Notes: a model not told the origin generated them from the sequence alone. A stretch of 64,000 nucleotides of DNA from Phycisphaerae bacterium (GCA_050115495.1 JASFQK010000006.1:119790-183789); one strand, 5' to 3'. Shown: positions 19,120 to 28,430, counted from the first letter of the stretch. Numbers and translations are program-made.

Positions 19120-21977
19120 GCGGCACAACCCGGTACATCGTCGCGGCCGCGGCCCTCGGTGCCGTGTTGCTGCTCACCGCCTTCGGCGTGCTCGGTCTGA
19201 CGCAACCCGAGCCGGCGGCGACGCCCGCCGCACCGGCCCCGGCCGAATCCGCGGCCGCCGGCCCGTCGTTCGTCATCCGCGCCAAGGCTGTCTATCCGGT
19301 CACAGCCGCCGCCCCCGGTCCGCTGACGCCCGGCACGATCATCGTGCGTGACGGCCGCATCGAAGCCGTCGGCACCGACCTCGACATCCCCGCCGATCTG
19401 CCCGTCATCGACCTGCCCGACGAAGTCATCTGTCCCGGCTTCGTCTCGGCGGGCAGCGCCCTGGCCGGCCGGCACCGCGGCGACGAGAGCGTCAGCGGCG
19501 CCTACCACGCCCTCGACGCCTTCGACAACTACTACGATTACCGTCCCACACTGGCCCGCGGCACAACCACCGCGCACCTCGACCCCGGCGAGCACCGCCT
19601 CGTCAGCGGCGTCGGTGCCGTGGTCAAGCTCGCCGGCGATCCCGAACAGCGCGTCCTCGTGCCCGAGGCCGATCTAACCATCACGCTCGGCACGTTCGAT
19701 CCGCCGCCACTGTTCAAGCCGCCCTTCTACGCCTCGTCCGACGTCGCCATCGAGCCGGCCCAGCGGCAGCGCCCCGATTCCCGCCTCGGCCAGTTCCTCG
19801 AGCTCGAAGAGCGCATCGCGGCGGCCAACGCGGCTGCGGCCGATCCCGCCGCTGCCGTCGAGGCCCCGTTCAACGTGCACACGCAGGCGTTCAGCGAGGC
19901 GTGGACAGCGAAGCTGCCGCTGCGCTTCCAGGTGCGGCGGGCCGCCGACATCGCCGGCGCCCTGCGCTTCATCGCCGAACAGGGCCGGCCGGCATACCTC
20001 GTCGGCTTGACCGAGGCCGACCGCCTGCCCGAAGCGTTGTGGGCGGCGCGCGTCCCCGTCGTAGTCCGCGTAGAAGAGACCTACGAGCAACCGGGCCGGG
20101 ACATCGGCCGTCATCCCAACGCCCTCGCCCCGGCTCTCGACACCGCTGGCCAGTTGGCTCCCGGACCGCTGGCCATCGCTCTCGCCGGCCGCAGTGGCGA
20201 CCGTGACGAGGACCTGCGCATGGTGGCCCGGCTGGCCGTGCGCGGCGGCATGTCCGCCGAGCAGGCCCTGGCCGCGATCACCCGCACGCCTGCGGAAATC
20301 CTCGGCGTCGATGAGCGCGTCGGTAGCCTCGCCCCCGGGCGCGACGCCGACCTGCTCGTCCTGACGGGCGCCCCGCTGGATATTTCGAGCCACGTCCGCC
20401 GCGTCTACGTCGGCGGGCGCATGGTCTTCGAAGCTCCGCAGCGTGAGGCGCTGGTCATCAAGGCCGGCACCGTGTGGGTGGGCGACGGCACGGTCTTGCA
20501 GGACGGCGCCGTGCTGATCGAGGACGGCAAGATCCAGGCGGTTGGCCACCGCGTGCCGCATCCACCTTCGGCGCGCGTGATCGACGCCGGCCCGGACGGC
20601 TTCCTCACGCCCGGCTTCATCGACAGCCTCGGGCACCTCGGCCTCGAAGGAGACCGCTCGGGCGCTGGGCCGGACATGAAGTTGCCGCGAGTGCTCGCGA
20701 CGGCCGGTTCGGACTTCCTGCGCGTGGCCCGCGCGGGCGTGACCACGGTGCTGCTGACCCCCTACGCCTTCCCGGACAACGGCGCCCGGCTGACCGCCAT
20801 CAAGACCTACGGCTTCAGCCGCGAAGACCTTGTGGCCCGCGAGGTGACGGGCCTGCGCTTCTCGCTGCGTGGCCGCGACCCGCTCACCGGTCTCGGATCG
20901 CTGCGCGGCGCGCTCGACGCTGCGAAGAAGTACGACGAGCAGTGGAAGAAGTACCAGGAAGAACTGGCCAAGTGGGAGAAGGCCCGCGCCGAGGGCAAGA
21001 CGGCCAAGCCCAAGGAGAAGGAAGAGACGGTCGTCGAAGGCGGCAAGGAAGACCCGATCACCGGTACGTGGGAGGTGACGCTCAGCGGCGATCCGCTGCC
21101 CGAGACGGTCACCACCACCATGACCCTCAAGCTCACCGGCGACACGATCGAGGGCCGCGTTCTCGAACCGGGCGGCAGCGAGGAAGTTGAGCTCACCGGC
21201 ACGCTCAACGGCAAGGAAGTAACGCTTGAGATCACGGTGCCTGACTCGCCCGTCGGCAACCCGGTCGTCAGAGCAGCGCTCGACCGCGAAGACCACATGA
21301 CCGGCACGCTGACCATCGCCAACTACGCGATTCAGTTCGAGGCCACCCGCACCGACAAGAGCGACGTCGAGTTCAAGGTCACCCGTCGCCGCCAGCGGTC
21401 GAAGGACGGCCGCCCGCTTCCACCGCGGGTCAACGAATCGCTCGAACCCTACCGCCCGCTGCTGGCCGGCCAAATCCCCGCCGTGGTCGACGTGTCCTCG
21501 GCCGGCGAGATCGCTGCCGCCATCAAGCTGTTCATCGAAGAGAACAAGCTGCCGCTGGTTCTGCTGGGTGCGGACGACGCCGCCGACGTCATGGACCGCC
21601 TGGTGGCCTGCAAGGACAAGCTGGGTGTGATCGTGTCGCCGGTGCTGGTCACCGAGCGCGAGCGCCGGCCCTACTGGCCGGTCATCGACCTCAGCCGGCA
21701 CGGCATCCCCGTCGCCCTGCGGAGTGGCGGCGAGGACCGGGCCCGCAACCTGCCACTAATGGGCTTGTACGCGGTCGCCGAAGGGCTGGGCGGGGATGTC
21801 GCCCTACGGGCCCTGACGATCGACGCCGCGAAGATGTACCACCTGGACGATCGGCTGGGCTCGCTCCAGCCGGGACGCGATGCCGACGTGCTCATCTTCC
21901 AGGGCCACCCGTTCGATACGGGCAGCCGGTTGGAGCGCGTGGTGATTTCCGGACGCGAGGTGCCGCATGAGAAGTAG
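19116..21977 (+). CDS. Double amidohydrolase-domain protein 5 with inserted beta domain (both sites degenerate)
   Basis: GTG 19116 overlaps the previous TGA; PGFVSAGSA and PGFIDSLGH; two GSLxPGRDAD motifs; DPITGTWEVTL insert. Confidence 0.85.
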   Translation: MSGTTRYIVAAAALGAVLLLTAFGVLGLTQPEPAATPAAPAPAESAAAGPSFVIRAKAVYPVTAAAPGPLTPGTIIVRDGRIEAVGTDLDIPADLPVIDLPDEVICPGFVSAGSALAGRHRGDESVSGAYHALDAFDNYYDYRPTLARGTTTAHLDPGEHRLVSGVGAVVKLAGDPEQRVLVPEADLTITLGTFDPPPLFKPPFYASSDVAIEPAQRQRPDSRLGQFLELEERIAAANAAAADPAAAVEAPFNVHTQAFSEAWTAKLPLRFQVRRAADIAGALRFIAEQGRPAYLVGLTEADRLPEALWAARVPVVVRVEETYEQPGRDIGRHPNALAPALDTAGQLAPGPLAIALAGRSGDRDEDLRMVARLAVRGGMSAEQALAAITRTPAEILGVDERVGSLAPGRDADLLVLTGAPLDISSHVRRVYVGGRMVFEAPQREALVIKAGTVWVGDGTVLQDGAVLIEDGKIQAVGHRVPHPPSARVIDAGPDGFLTPGFIDSLGHLGLEGDRSGAGPDMKLPRVLATAGSDFLRVARAGVTTVLLTPYAFPDNGARLTAIKTYGFSREDLVAREVTGLRFSLRGRDPLTGLGSLRGALDAAKKYDEQWKKYQEELAKWEKARAEGKTAKPKEKEETVVEGGKEDPITGTWEVTLSGDPLPETVTTTMTLKLTGDTIEGRVLEPGGSEEVELTGTLNGKEVTLEITVPDSPVGNPVVRAALDREDHMTGTLTIANYAIQFEATRTDKSDVEFKVTRRRQRSKDGRPLPPRVNESLEPYRPLLAGQIPAVVDVSSAGEIAAAIKLFIEENKLPLVLLGADDAADVMDRLVACKDKLGVIVSPVLVTERERRPYWPVIDLSRHGIPVALRSGGEDRARNLPLMGLYAVAEGLGGDVALRALTIDAAKMYHLDDRLGSLQPGRDADVLIFQGHPFDTGSRLERVVISGREVPHEK

Positions 21978-23229
21978 ACTCAGGCTGGCCGCTGTGCTCC
22001 TGCTGGCGATGACCGTCGCCGGCGGGTGGGCCGACGATCTGCGCGGGCAAGCCGGCGAGTCGGCCGGCATGGCTCTGCGCGTGGCCAAGATCGTCGCCAT
22101 GGACGACGCCGACACCGTGATCAACGACGCCGTCGTGCTGGTGCGCGACGGGCAGATCGAGGCTCTCGGCCCGGCCGGCAAGATCGAGGTGCCGGAGTCC
22201 TACCGCGTCCTCGAATTCCCCGAGCACTGGCTGGTGCCCGGCATCGTCGACGCCCACAACCACAGCGCCGCCGGCGCCTGGGACGACCTCAACGACATGG
22301 TCTACCAGACCAACCCCGGCCTCGACACCCGCAGCATTCCCCAGGCCGACAACGACTGGATCCGCCTGGCTCGCATGGGCGGCGTCACCACCGTCATGCT
22401 CCTCCCCGGCAGCGGCACCAACCTCGCCGGCATGGGCACCGTGGTCAACACCGGCGGCCGCGACCCCGACGAGATCGTCATCCGCTCGCCCGGCTCGCTC
22501 AAGATCGCCCAGGCTGGCAACCCCGAGTGGTACTTCGGCGGCAACGGCCGCATGTTCATGTACTGGAACCTGCGCCAAACCCTCGAAAAAGCTGAGAAGT
22601 ACCACCAGAGCTGGCTCGACTACGAAGAGGGCCGCACCACCGAGCCGCCCCCGTTCGACCCCACCTGGGAGATCATCCGCGACACGTTCCGCCACAAGAA
22701 CCCGGCCACCATGCATACGCAGGGCTACCAGCTCATGATGTCCACGCTGGACATGATTACCGGCCGCTTCGGCATGTGGACCGTTCTGGACCACTGCACG
22801 TTCAACGGCTGGAAGCTCGGCCCGCTCGTGTGCGAGACCGACGCCTGGGCCATCAACGGCCCGCGTCAGTACGAGTTCGACCGCACCGCCCGCCGTATGA
22901 TCGGCAACGCCTCCGGCTGGTGGAAGAACGGCGTCCGCCGCCTCGGCATCAACACCGACGCCCCCGTCATTCCCCAGCAGGAACTGACCTACCAGGCGGC
23001 CATGGCCTGCTGGTACGGCTGGCTGCCCTATCCCGCCCTCCAGGCGGTTACCCGCGTCAACGCCCAGTCCATTGGCGTCTACGACCAGGTCGGCAGCGTC
23101 GAGGTGGGCAAGCAGGCCGACCTCTCCATCTGGACCGGCGACCCGCTCGATCCCCGTTCGGCCTGCCTGCTGACCATCCTCAAGGGCCGGATCATCTACG
23201 ACGGCACCGAAGGTCTGCGACGGTTTTAG
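21967..23229 (+). CDS. Secreted amidohydrolase 6, complete binuclear metal site
   Basis: PGIVDAHNH, LKIAQAGNP (Lys), MHTQ, LDHC, INTDAP (Asp), GSVEVGKQAD. Confidence 0.9.
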   Translation: MRSRLRLAAVLLLAMTVAGGWADDLRGQAGESAGMALRVAKIVAMDDADTVINDAVVLVRDGQIEALGPAGKIEVPESYRVLEFPEHWLVPGIVDAHNHSAAGAWDDLNDMVYQTNPGLDTRSIPQADNDWIRLARMGGVTTVMLLPGSGTNLAGMGTVVNTGGRDPDEIVIRSPGSLKIAQAGNPEWYFGGNGRMFMYWNLRQTLEKAEKYHQSWLDYEEGRTTEPPPFDPTWEIIRDTFRHKNPATMHTQGYQLMMSTLDMITGRFGMWTVLDHCTFNGWKLGPLVCETDAWAINGPRQYEFDRTARRMIGNASGWWKNGVRRLGINTDAPVIPQQELTYQAAMACWYGWLPYPALQAVTRVNAQSIGVYDQVGSVEVGKQADLSIWTGDPLDPRSACLLTILKGRIIYDGTEGLRRF

Positions 23230-23240
23230 GAACCCTGTTG

Positions 23241-24599
23241 ATGAGTGCTGCCCGCATGCAGAATTCAACCGCTTCCCCCGAGGCGTACCGCCGACCGCAA
23301 CACGGCCCCGGCCTGCTGGTCCTGCTGCTCGCCGCCGCGTTCGCCGCGGCGACCTGCCTGGCCGACCCGCCCGCCGGCGACGATGAAGGTCGCTTCGTCG
23401 TCATCAAGGCCGGCCGCATCATCACCGTCAGCGGTGAGGAGATTCGGCAGGGAATGATCGTTCTCTCCGGCGGTCGCATCCGCAACGTCGGCCGCAACCT
23501 CGAATACCCCCTCAGCGCCAAGGTCATCGACGCCCGCAACCGCGTGGTCATGCCGGGTCTCATCAACCCCCAGTCACGCTTCGGCCTCGACTCGCACTAC
23601 CGCGGCGGCGTGCACGGCGATCTGACCGCCGCCGCCGAGTTCTACCCGCGGCCGGACATGTTCCTCGACCTGCTCAAGACCGGCTACACGTCCGTGGCGC
23701 TGATCCCCGCCGGCTCGGGCATCCCCGGGCGGGCGATGGTCGTGCACACCGGCGGCTCCGACGAGCAGCGCACGGTGGCCTCGCCGTCGTACCTGTGGAT
23801 CACCACCGGTAAGTCCGGCCTCCGCAGCGCGCTCAAGCACGCCCAGGATGAGATCGACAAGGTCGAGAAGGCCCGCGAGGAATTCGAGAAGAAGCGCGCC
23901 GAGGAGCAACAGAAGCAGGAACCGCCCAAAGACCAGGACAAGCCTGCCGCCGCCGACACGCCGCCGCCGACCACACAACCCACCACGCAGCCGGCCGAGC
24001 CGCCCAAGTTCGAGCCCCCGCCGATCGACCCGGCCTACCAGGTCCTCGTCGACCTCATCCAGAAGAAGCCCGGCGTCTCCGCCCTGATCGAGGTGGACAG
24101 CGCTTCCGACTACGTGTACCTGAGCGAAGTCCTGGCCGAGTTCGAAATCGCCCACGACTTCCTGGCCCACAACGGCCGGATGTCCGACCTCGACTATGTC
24201 GTCGACAAGCTGGGCGAGAAGAAGGCTCGGCTCGTCCTCGAGCCGTTCATCGGCCGCGTGCCGTATTCGGCGGAGTGGGTGCACCTGGTACGCCAGTTCG
24301 CCGACGCCGGCTGCGAGGTGACGGTGATGCCCGTGAGGGACACACCGGAAGAGCACGGCCGCGTGCTGGGCCGCCTGGCCGACCTGGTACGGAACGGCTG
24401 GTCGCGGGAAGAGGCGATCAAGTCGGTCACGCTGCACCCGGCGCGTCTGCTCGGCCTCGACGATCGCCTCGGCACCATCGAAAAGGACAAGGAAGCCGAC
24501 CTGCTCTTCCTCGACGCCGATCCGCTGAATCCGACGGCCCGCGTGCGGGCCGTGATGATTGCCGGCGAGATGGTCTACGATTCGGAGGAGACCGACTGA
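23241..24599 (+). CDS. Secreted amidohydrolase-fold protein 7 (degenerate)
   Basis: PGLINPQSR; GTIEKDKEADLLFLDADP; E/K-rich and PTTQPTTQP insert; start 23241 or 23256. Confidence 0.85.
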   Translation: MSAARMQNSTASPEAYRRPQHGPGLLVLLLAAAFAAATCLADPPAGDDEGRFVVIKAGRIITVSGEEIRQGMIVLSGGRIRNVGRNLEYPLSAKVIDARNRVVMPGLINPQSRFGLDSHYRGGVHGDLTAAAEFYPRPDMFLDLLKTGYTSVALIPAGSGIPGRAMVVHTGGSDEQRTVASPSYLWITTGKSGLRSALKHAQDEIDKVEKAREEFEKKRAEEQQKQEPPKDQDKPAAADTPPPTTQPTTQPAEPPKFEPPPIDPAYQVLVDLIQKKPGVSALIEVDSASDYVYLSEVLAEFEIAHDFLAHNGRMSDLDYVVDKLGEKKARLVLEPFIGRVPYSAEWVHLVRQFADAGCEVTVMPVRDTPEEHGRVLGRLADLVRNGWSREEAIKSVTLHPARLLGLDDRLGTIEKDKEADLLFLDADPLNPTARVRAVMIAGEMVYDSEETD

Positions 24600-25954
24600 T
24601 GCCCGCCGTTCGCGCCACCCTCGCCTTCGTCGTGATCTGCATCCTGCTGGCGCCTGCCGCCTGGGCCCAGGCCGAGTCGCAACCGGCCAGTCAGCCGGCG
24701 ACCGCCCCCGCCTCGGCGCCCACAACGCAGAGCCAGCCGACCACCACGACGACCGCCGCCGCCGAGAACGAGAAGGACCGCTACCTCGCCGTCATCAACG
24801 GCCGGGTGCACACCGTCACCGGTCCCGTCCTCGAACAGGCCACCGTCCTCTGCAAGAACGGCACGATCCTCGCCATCGGCAACGACGTGCACCTCCCCAC
24901 CGAGTGCACGATCGTCGACGCCAAGGGCATGTTCGTGTACCCGGGCCTCGTCGCCGCCTGCGGCGGGATACTCAACGGCACTCCCGAAAGCAGCGTCAAC
25001 ATCTACTCCCTCGGCCTGACCATCGCCCTGGCCGGCGGCATCACCACGAGCCTCGTCGGCGACACTGCCGCCAAGCTCACCTTCGGCACCACCGAGGACA
25101 TGGTCATCAAGGACGGTCTGTTCGTGAACCTGTCCTACTCCCGGCGGAACCCGTTGCAGCGGGCCGAGCTGCGGGCCGACCTCGAACGCGTGCGTGCCTA
25201 CCTGCGCGACCAAGCCCGCTACGAGCGCGACAAGGAGCGCAACAAGGACGCCAAGCCGCCCGACAAGGAATGGCTCACGGGCGAGTACGAGAGCTACAAG
25301 CAACTGCTCGAGGGGCACGCCGTAGCCTCCGCTTGGGCCGAGACCACACAGGATCTGCGTGACCTGGCCGACCTGGCCTCCTCCTTCGGCTTCGCCCTCG
25401 TCGTCCGCGGCGCCTACGAAGGCTGGACCGTCGCCGGCGATCTCGGCCGGGCCGGCGTCCGCGCCATCATCACCCCCCGCACCGACATCGATCCCGACGA
25501 GGACCTCAACCGCCCCACCGGCTCGACCATCGAAAACGCCCGCATCCTCCACGACCACGGCGTGCCCGTGGCCGTCGTACCCGGGACGCAAGGCATCACC
25601 ACCTGGGGCCTCGCCGGCCGCGACCTGCTCCACCTGAATATGGAAGCCGCCTTCGCCGTCCGCGGCGGGCTGACCAATGACGAGGCTCTGCGCACCATCA
25701 CGATCGACGCCGCCCGCATCCTCGGCATCGACGACCGCGTCGGCTCGCTCGAAGTCGGCAAAGACGCCGACCTCGTCGTCTGCGACGGCGATCTGCTCCA
25801 CTACATGACGCAGGTGCACTACACGATCGTCAACGGCCGCGTCGCCTACACGAAGTCGGCCGAGTCGCTCTTCGCCCACATCCGCCCCGAAGGCAAACGG
25901 GAAATGACCAGGTTCGACGACCAGTGGCCGCGCCGGCTCGAATGGCCGGAATGA
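24599..25954 (+). CDS. Secreted amidohydrolase-fold protein 8 (degenerate)
   Basis: TGATG overlap; PGLVAACGG; GSLEVGKDADLVVCDGD; SQPASQPA/TTQSQP linker. Confidence 0.85.
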   Translation: MPAVRATLAFVVICILLAPAAWAQAESQPASQPATAPASAPTTQSQPTTTTTAAAENEKDRYLAVINGRVHTVTGPVLEQATVLCKNGTILAIGNDVHLPTECTIVDAKGMFVYPGLVAACGGILNGTPESSVNIYSLGLTIALAGGITTSLVGDTAAKLTFGTTEDMVIKDGLFVNLSYSRRNPLQRAELRADLERVRAYLRDQARYERDKERNKDAKPPDKEWLTGEYESYKQLLEGHAVASAWAETTQDLRDLADLASSFGFALVVRGAYEGWTVAGDLGRAGVRAIITPRTDIDPDEDLNRPTGSTIENARILHDHGVPVAVVPGTQGITTWGLAGRDLLHLNMEAAFAVRGGLTNDEALRTITIDAARILGIDDRVGSLEVGKDADLVVCDGDLLHYMTQVHYTIVNGRVAYTKSAESLFAHIRPEGKREMTRFDDQWPRRLEWPE

Positions 25955-25996
25955 GTCACGCCCGACCGCGGCGCAGCAACCCGAAGGAGTTCAGCC

Positions 25997-26782
25997 ATGG
26001 ATGCGCAGCAACTCCGCGATGCGCTCGATTTCGCGGTCGAGGCCGCTCAACTGGCGGGAACGCTTACGCTCGGCTACTTCCGCACCGGTACGCCACACGA
26101 GCTGAAGGCCGATAACTCCCCCGTCACCATCGCCGACCGCGGCTCCGAAGAGCTCCTGCGCAAACGCATCGAGTCCACATTCCCGGACCACGGCATCCTC
26201 GGCGAAGAATTCGGCGAGAAACCCGCCCGCAGCCCCGCCCGCTGGATCCTCGACCCCATCGACGGCACGTTCTCCTTCATCTCCGGCGTGCCGCTGTACA
26301 GCGTCCTCGTCGGACTCGAATGGGCCGGCGAGATGGTCGTGGGCGTGATCCACCTGCCGGCACTCGGCGAAACCGTTTACGCCGCCAAGGGCCTCGGCTG
26401 CTGGTGCAACGGTCGGCGAGCGCACGTATCCAGTACCACCGACATGTCGCAGGCACGCCTGTCCGTCACCGGCGTGAAGATCTTCGAGCAGCAACGTCGG
26501 CTATGGGCCTGGGAGCGGTTGCGGAAGGCGTGCCAGACCGACCGCTGCTGGGCGGATGCGTACGGCTACGCCTGCCTCGCGACCGGACGCGTCGACGTCG
26601 TCGCCGACTCCATCATGAATATCTGGGACAACGCCGCACTGCTGCCCGTCGTGACCGAAGCCGGCGGCAAGTTCACGGACTGGACCGGCGAGCGGACGCA
26701 CAAGAGCCCGGACGCCCTGGCGACCAACGGCCACCTACACGCCCAGGCGCTCGCCCTGGTCCGAGAACCCCCACGCGACTGA
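25997..26782 (+). CDS. hisN: Histidinol-phosphatase, inositol monophosphatase family
   Basis: KADNSPVTIADR, GEEFG, WILDPIDGT, WDNAA; AAGGAG RBS. Confidence 0.8.
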   Translation: MDAQQLRDALDFAVEAAQLAGTLTLGYFRTGTPHELKADNSPVTIADRGSEELLRKRIESTFPDHGILGEEFGEKPARSPARWILDPIDGTFSFISGVPLYSVLVGLEWAGEMVVGVIHLPALGETVYAAKGLGCWCNGRRAHVSSTTDMSQARLSVTGVKIFEQQRRLWAWERLRKACQTDRCWADAYGYACLATGRVDVVADSIMNIWDNAALLPVVTEAGGKFTDWTGERTHKSPDALATNGHLHAQALALVREPPRD

Positions 26783-26810
26783 CCAACCGAAAACAAATCC
26801 GATTTGACCC

Positions 26811-26838
26811 TTGTCTTGATATATAGTCGATCTATAGT
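26811..26838 (+). promoter_or_regulatory. Promoter with palindromic operator (TATAG-N5-CTATA) upstream of PadR gene
   Basis: TTGTCT-N16-TATAGT; inverted repeat at 26822-26836 in a strongly AT-rich patch. Confidence 0.55.
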
Positions 26839-26874
26839 TAGTTCAGCAATGCATTGGGATGTGGAGGGTTTGCG

Positions 26875-27252
26875 GTGGCATTTGCTCGTGACCTGTTGCG
26901 GGGCAGCCTGGAGCTGATGGTGCTCTCAGAGCTAAGCTCTTGCGAGAAATACGGTTACCAGATTCTGTCCTCGTTGCGGCAGCGCAGCGACGGCCGGGTC
27001 GACCTCAAAGCCGGCACGCTGTACCCGATTCTGCACAAACTCGAACGCTCGGGTGCCGTAGAAAGCCGGTGGGATGGCAGCACGGCACGAGAGCGGAAAT
27101 GGTACGCCCTGACGGACAAGGGTCGCAGCCGTCTGACCCAGGACGCTCACGAGTGGGCGGATTACGCCGCCTGCGTCCGGGCGATTCTGCGGCCGATCCT
27201 GGGCGATGACGGAGCGGGGGCACAACCGGCGCTGGGTGGCGGAGGCGTGTGA
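26875..27252 (+). CDS. PadR family transcriptional regulator
   Basis: LLRGSLEL, YGYQI, GTLYPILHKLE, RKWYALTDKG; GGAGG then GTG 26875. Confidence 0.92.
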   Translation: MAFARDLLRGSLELMVLSELSSCEKYGYQILSSLRQRSDGRVDLKAGTLYPILHKLERSGAVESRWDGSTARERKWYALTDKGRSRLTQDAHEWADYAACVRAILRPILGDDGAGAQPALGGGGV

Positions 27253-28358
27253 TGTCCGAGGTGGACTTCGAGGCCTACCTGGGTCTGCTCTCCCGGTTCC
27301 TGCGGCTGAGTGCGCGCCAGCGGGATGAGATTCGCCGGGAGCTGCGGGCTCACCTCGAAGAAGCCATTGAGGACGAGATGGCCGCGGGAACGCCGCGCGA
27401 CGAGGCAGTTCTCCGCGTGCTGGATGATTTCGGGGATGCGGCCGAGTTGGCCGCCCGGTTCAGTTCTGTCGGCCGAAAGCGAAGGTGGATCATGAGAGGA
27501 ACGATGGCGGCGGCAGTCATCGGGCTCGTGGCGTTCATGGTTGTGGGCTTCTCGCCGAAGGGCACGGCGCCGGCGGTGGCCGACGACGCGCAGACACCCG
27601 CCGTGGCAACAACGGTCCAGGAGCACGATCCCGACGCGCCGATCCTGGCGGCGCTCGCCCGGAACGTGCCCGAGGTGATGCTGGAGCAGGTGCCGCTTGA
27701 CGTGGCGGTGGAGTGGTTCCAGGAGCTCATGGGTGTCAACATCGTCGTGTATTGGGCGGATCTGGAAAACGTGGGCGTGCCGCGCGATGCGCCGGTCTCG
27801 GTGAACCTGCGGAACGTGACGGTCGAACGTACCCTGCGTCTGGTGCTCGACATGGCCAGCGAGATGAGCGACCTCGGCTACGACATCGACGATGGCATCC
27901 TGGTGATCGCGTCGCGGCACCGGCTGCCGGATCGACAGGTGACCGAGGTGTACGAAGTACGCGACCTGCTGGCGGCGACGGCGCGTTACGCCCGGTTGGA
28001 GGACGACGCCCAGGGGACCCAGTTATTGGCGGACACGATCGCCGGACACCTGCGGCGGGGCATCCCGACCCGTGAGGACATGCCCGCCGAGCTCGTCATG
28101 CAGGCGGAAGTTCATTCGGCCGTGACCAGGGCGCTCGAGACGTATCGCCGCGAAGTAAGCCCCGCGGCGGCGGAGACGCTGCTGGTGGACCTCATCGAAC
28201 AGACCATCGACCCGGACGCGTGGCTCTGCAACGGTGGCATGGGCACGGCGAGAATCCTCAATGGCGTGCTGGTCGTGCGCCAGACGCCGAAGATTCACGA
28301 GGAAGTCGAGCAACTGCTGGACGATCTCCGCGAGGCCGGGGCAGCCGAAACGCAGTAG
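27252..28358 (+). CDS. Single-TM protein: N-terminal helical HAAS/permease-prefix-like domain plus periplasmic STN/secretin-N-like domain
   Basis: EIRRELRAHLEE...FGDAAELA; TM; PLDVAVEWF..VNIVVYW..V..DAPVSVNLRNV; LVVRQTPKIHEEV; TGATG overlap with padR. Confidence 0.75.
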   Translation: MSEVDFEAYLGLLSRFLRLSARQRDEIRRELRAHLEEAIEDEMAAGTPRDEAVLRVLDDFGDAAELAARFSSVGRKRRWIMRGTMAAAVIGLVAFMVVGFSPKGTAPAVADDAQTPAVATTVQEHDPDAPILAALARNVPEVMLEQVPLDVAVEWFQELMGVNIVVYWADLENVGVPRDAPVSVNLRNVTVERTLRLVLDMASEMSDLGYDIDDGILVIASRHRLPDRQVTEVYEVRDLLAATARYARLEDDAQGTQLLADTIAGHLRRGIPTREDMPAELVMQAEVHSAVTRALETYRREVSPAAAETLLVDLIEQTIDPDAWLCNGGMGTARILNGVLVVRQTPKIHEEVEQLLDDLREAGAAETQ

Positions 28359-28390
28359 AACCCGGTGAACCCCACGGCGGCCAGGGTCTG

Positions 28391-28430
28391 CCCCTTTGCT
28401 CCTTTGCTCCTCTGCTCCTCTGCCCCTCCG
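28391..28430. repeat. Five tandem imperfect 8-bp repeats (CYCCTYYG)
   Basis: cccctttg ctcctttg ctcctctg ctcctctg cccctccg. Confidence 0.8.

Noticed and set aside
13583..25954. Pseudogene decay or assembly duplication as the explanation for the amidohydrolase array
   Set aside because: All ORFs are intact and coupled, and the paralogues are highly divergent from one another
25997..26782. hisN as part of the amidohydrolase system
   Set aside because: Cytoplasmic housekeeping enzyme with its own RBS; only adjacency supports a link
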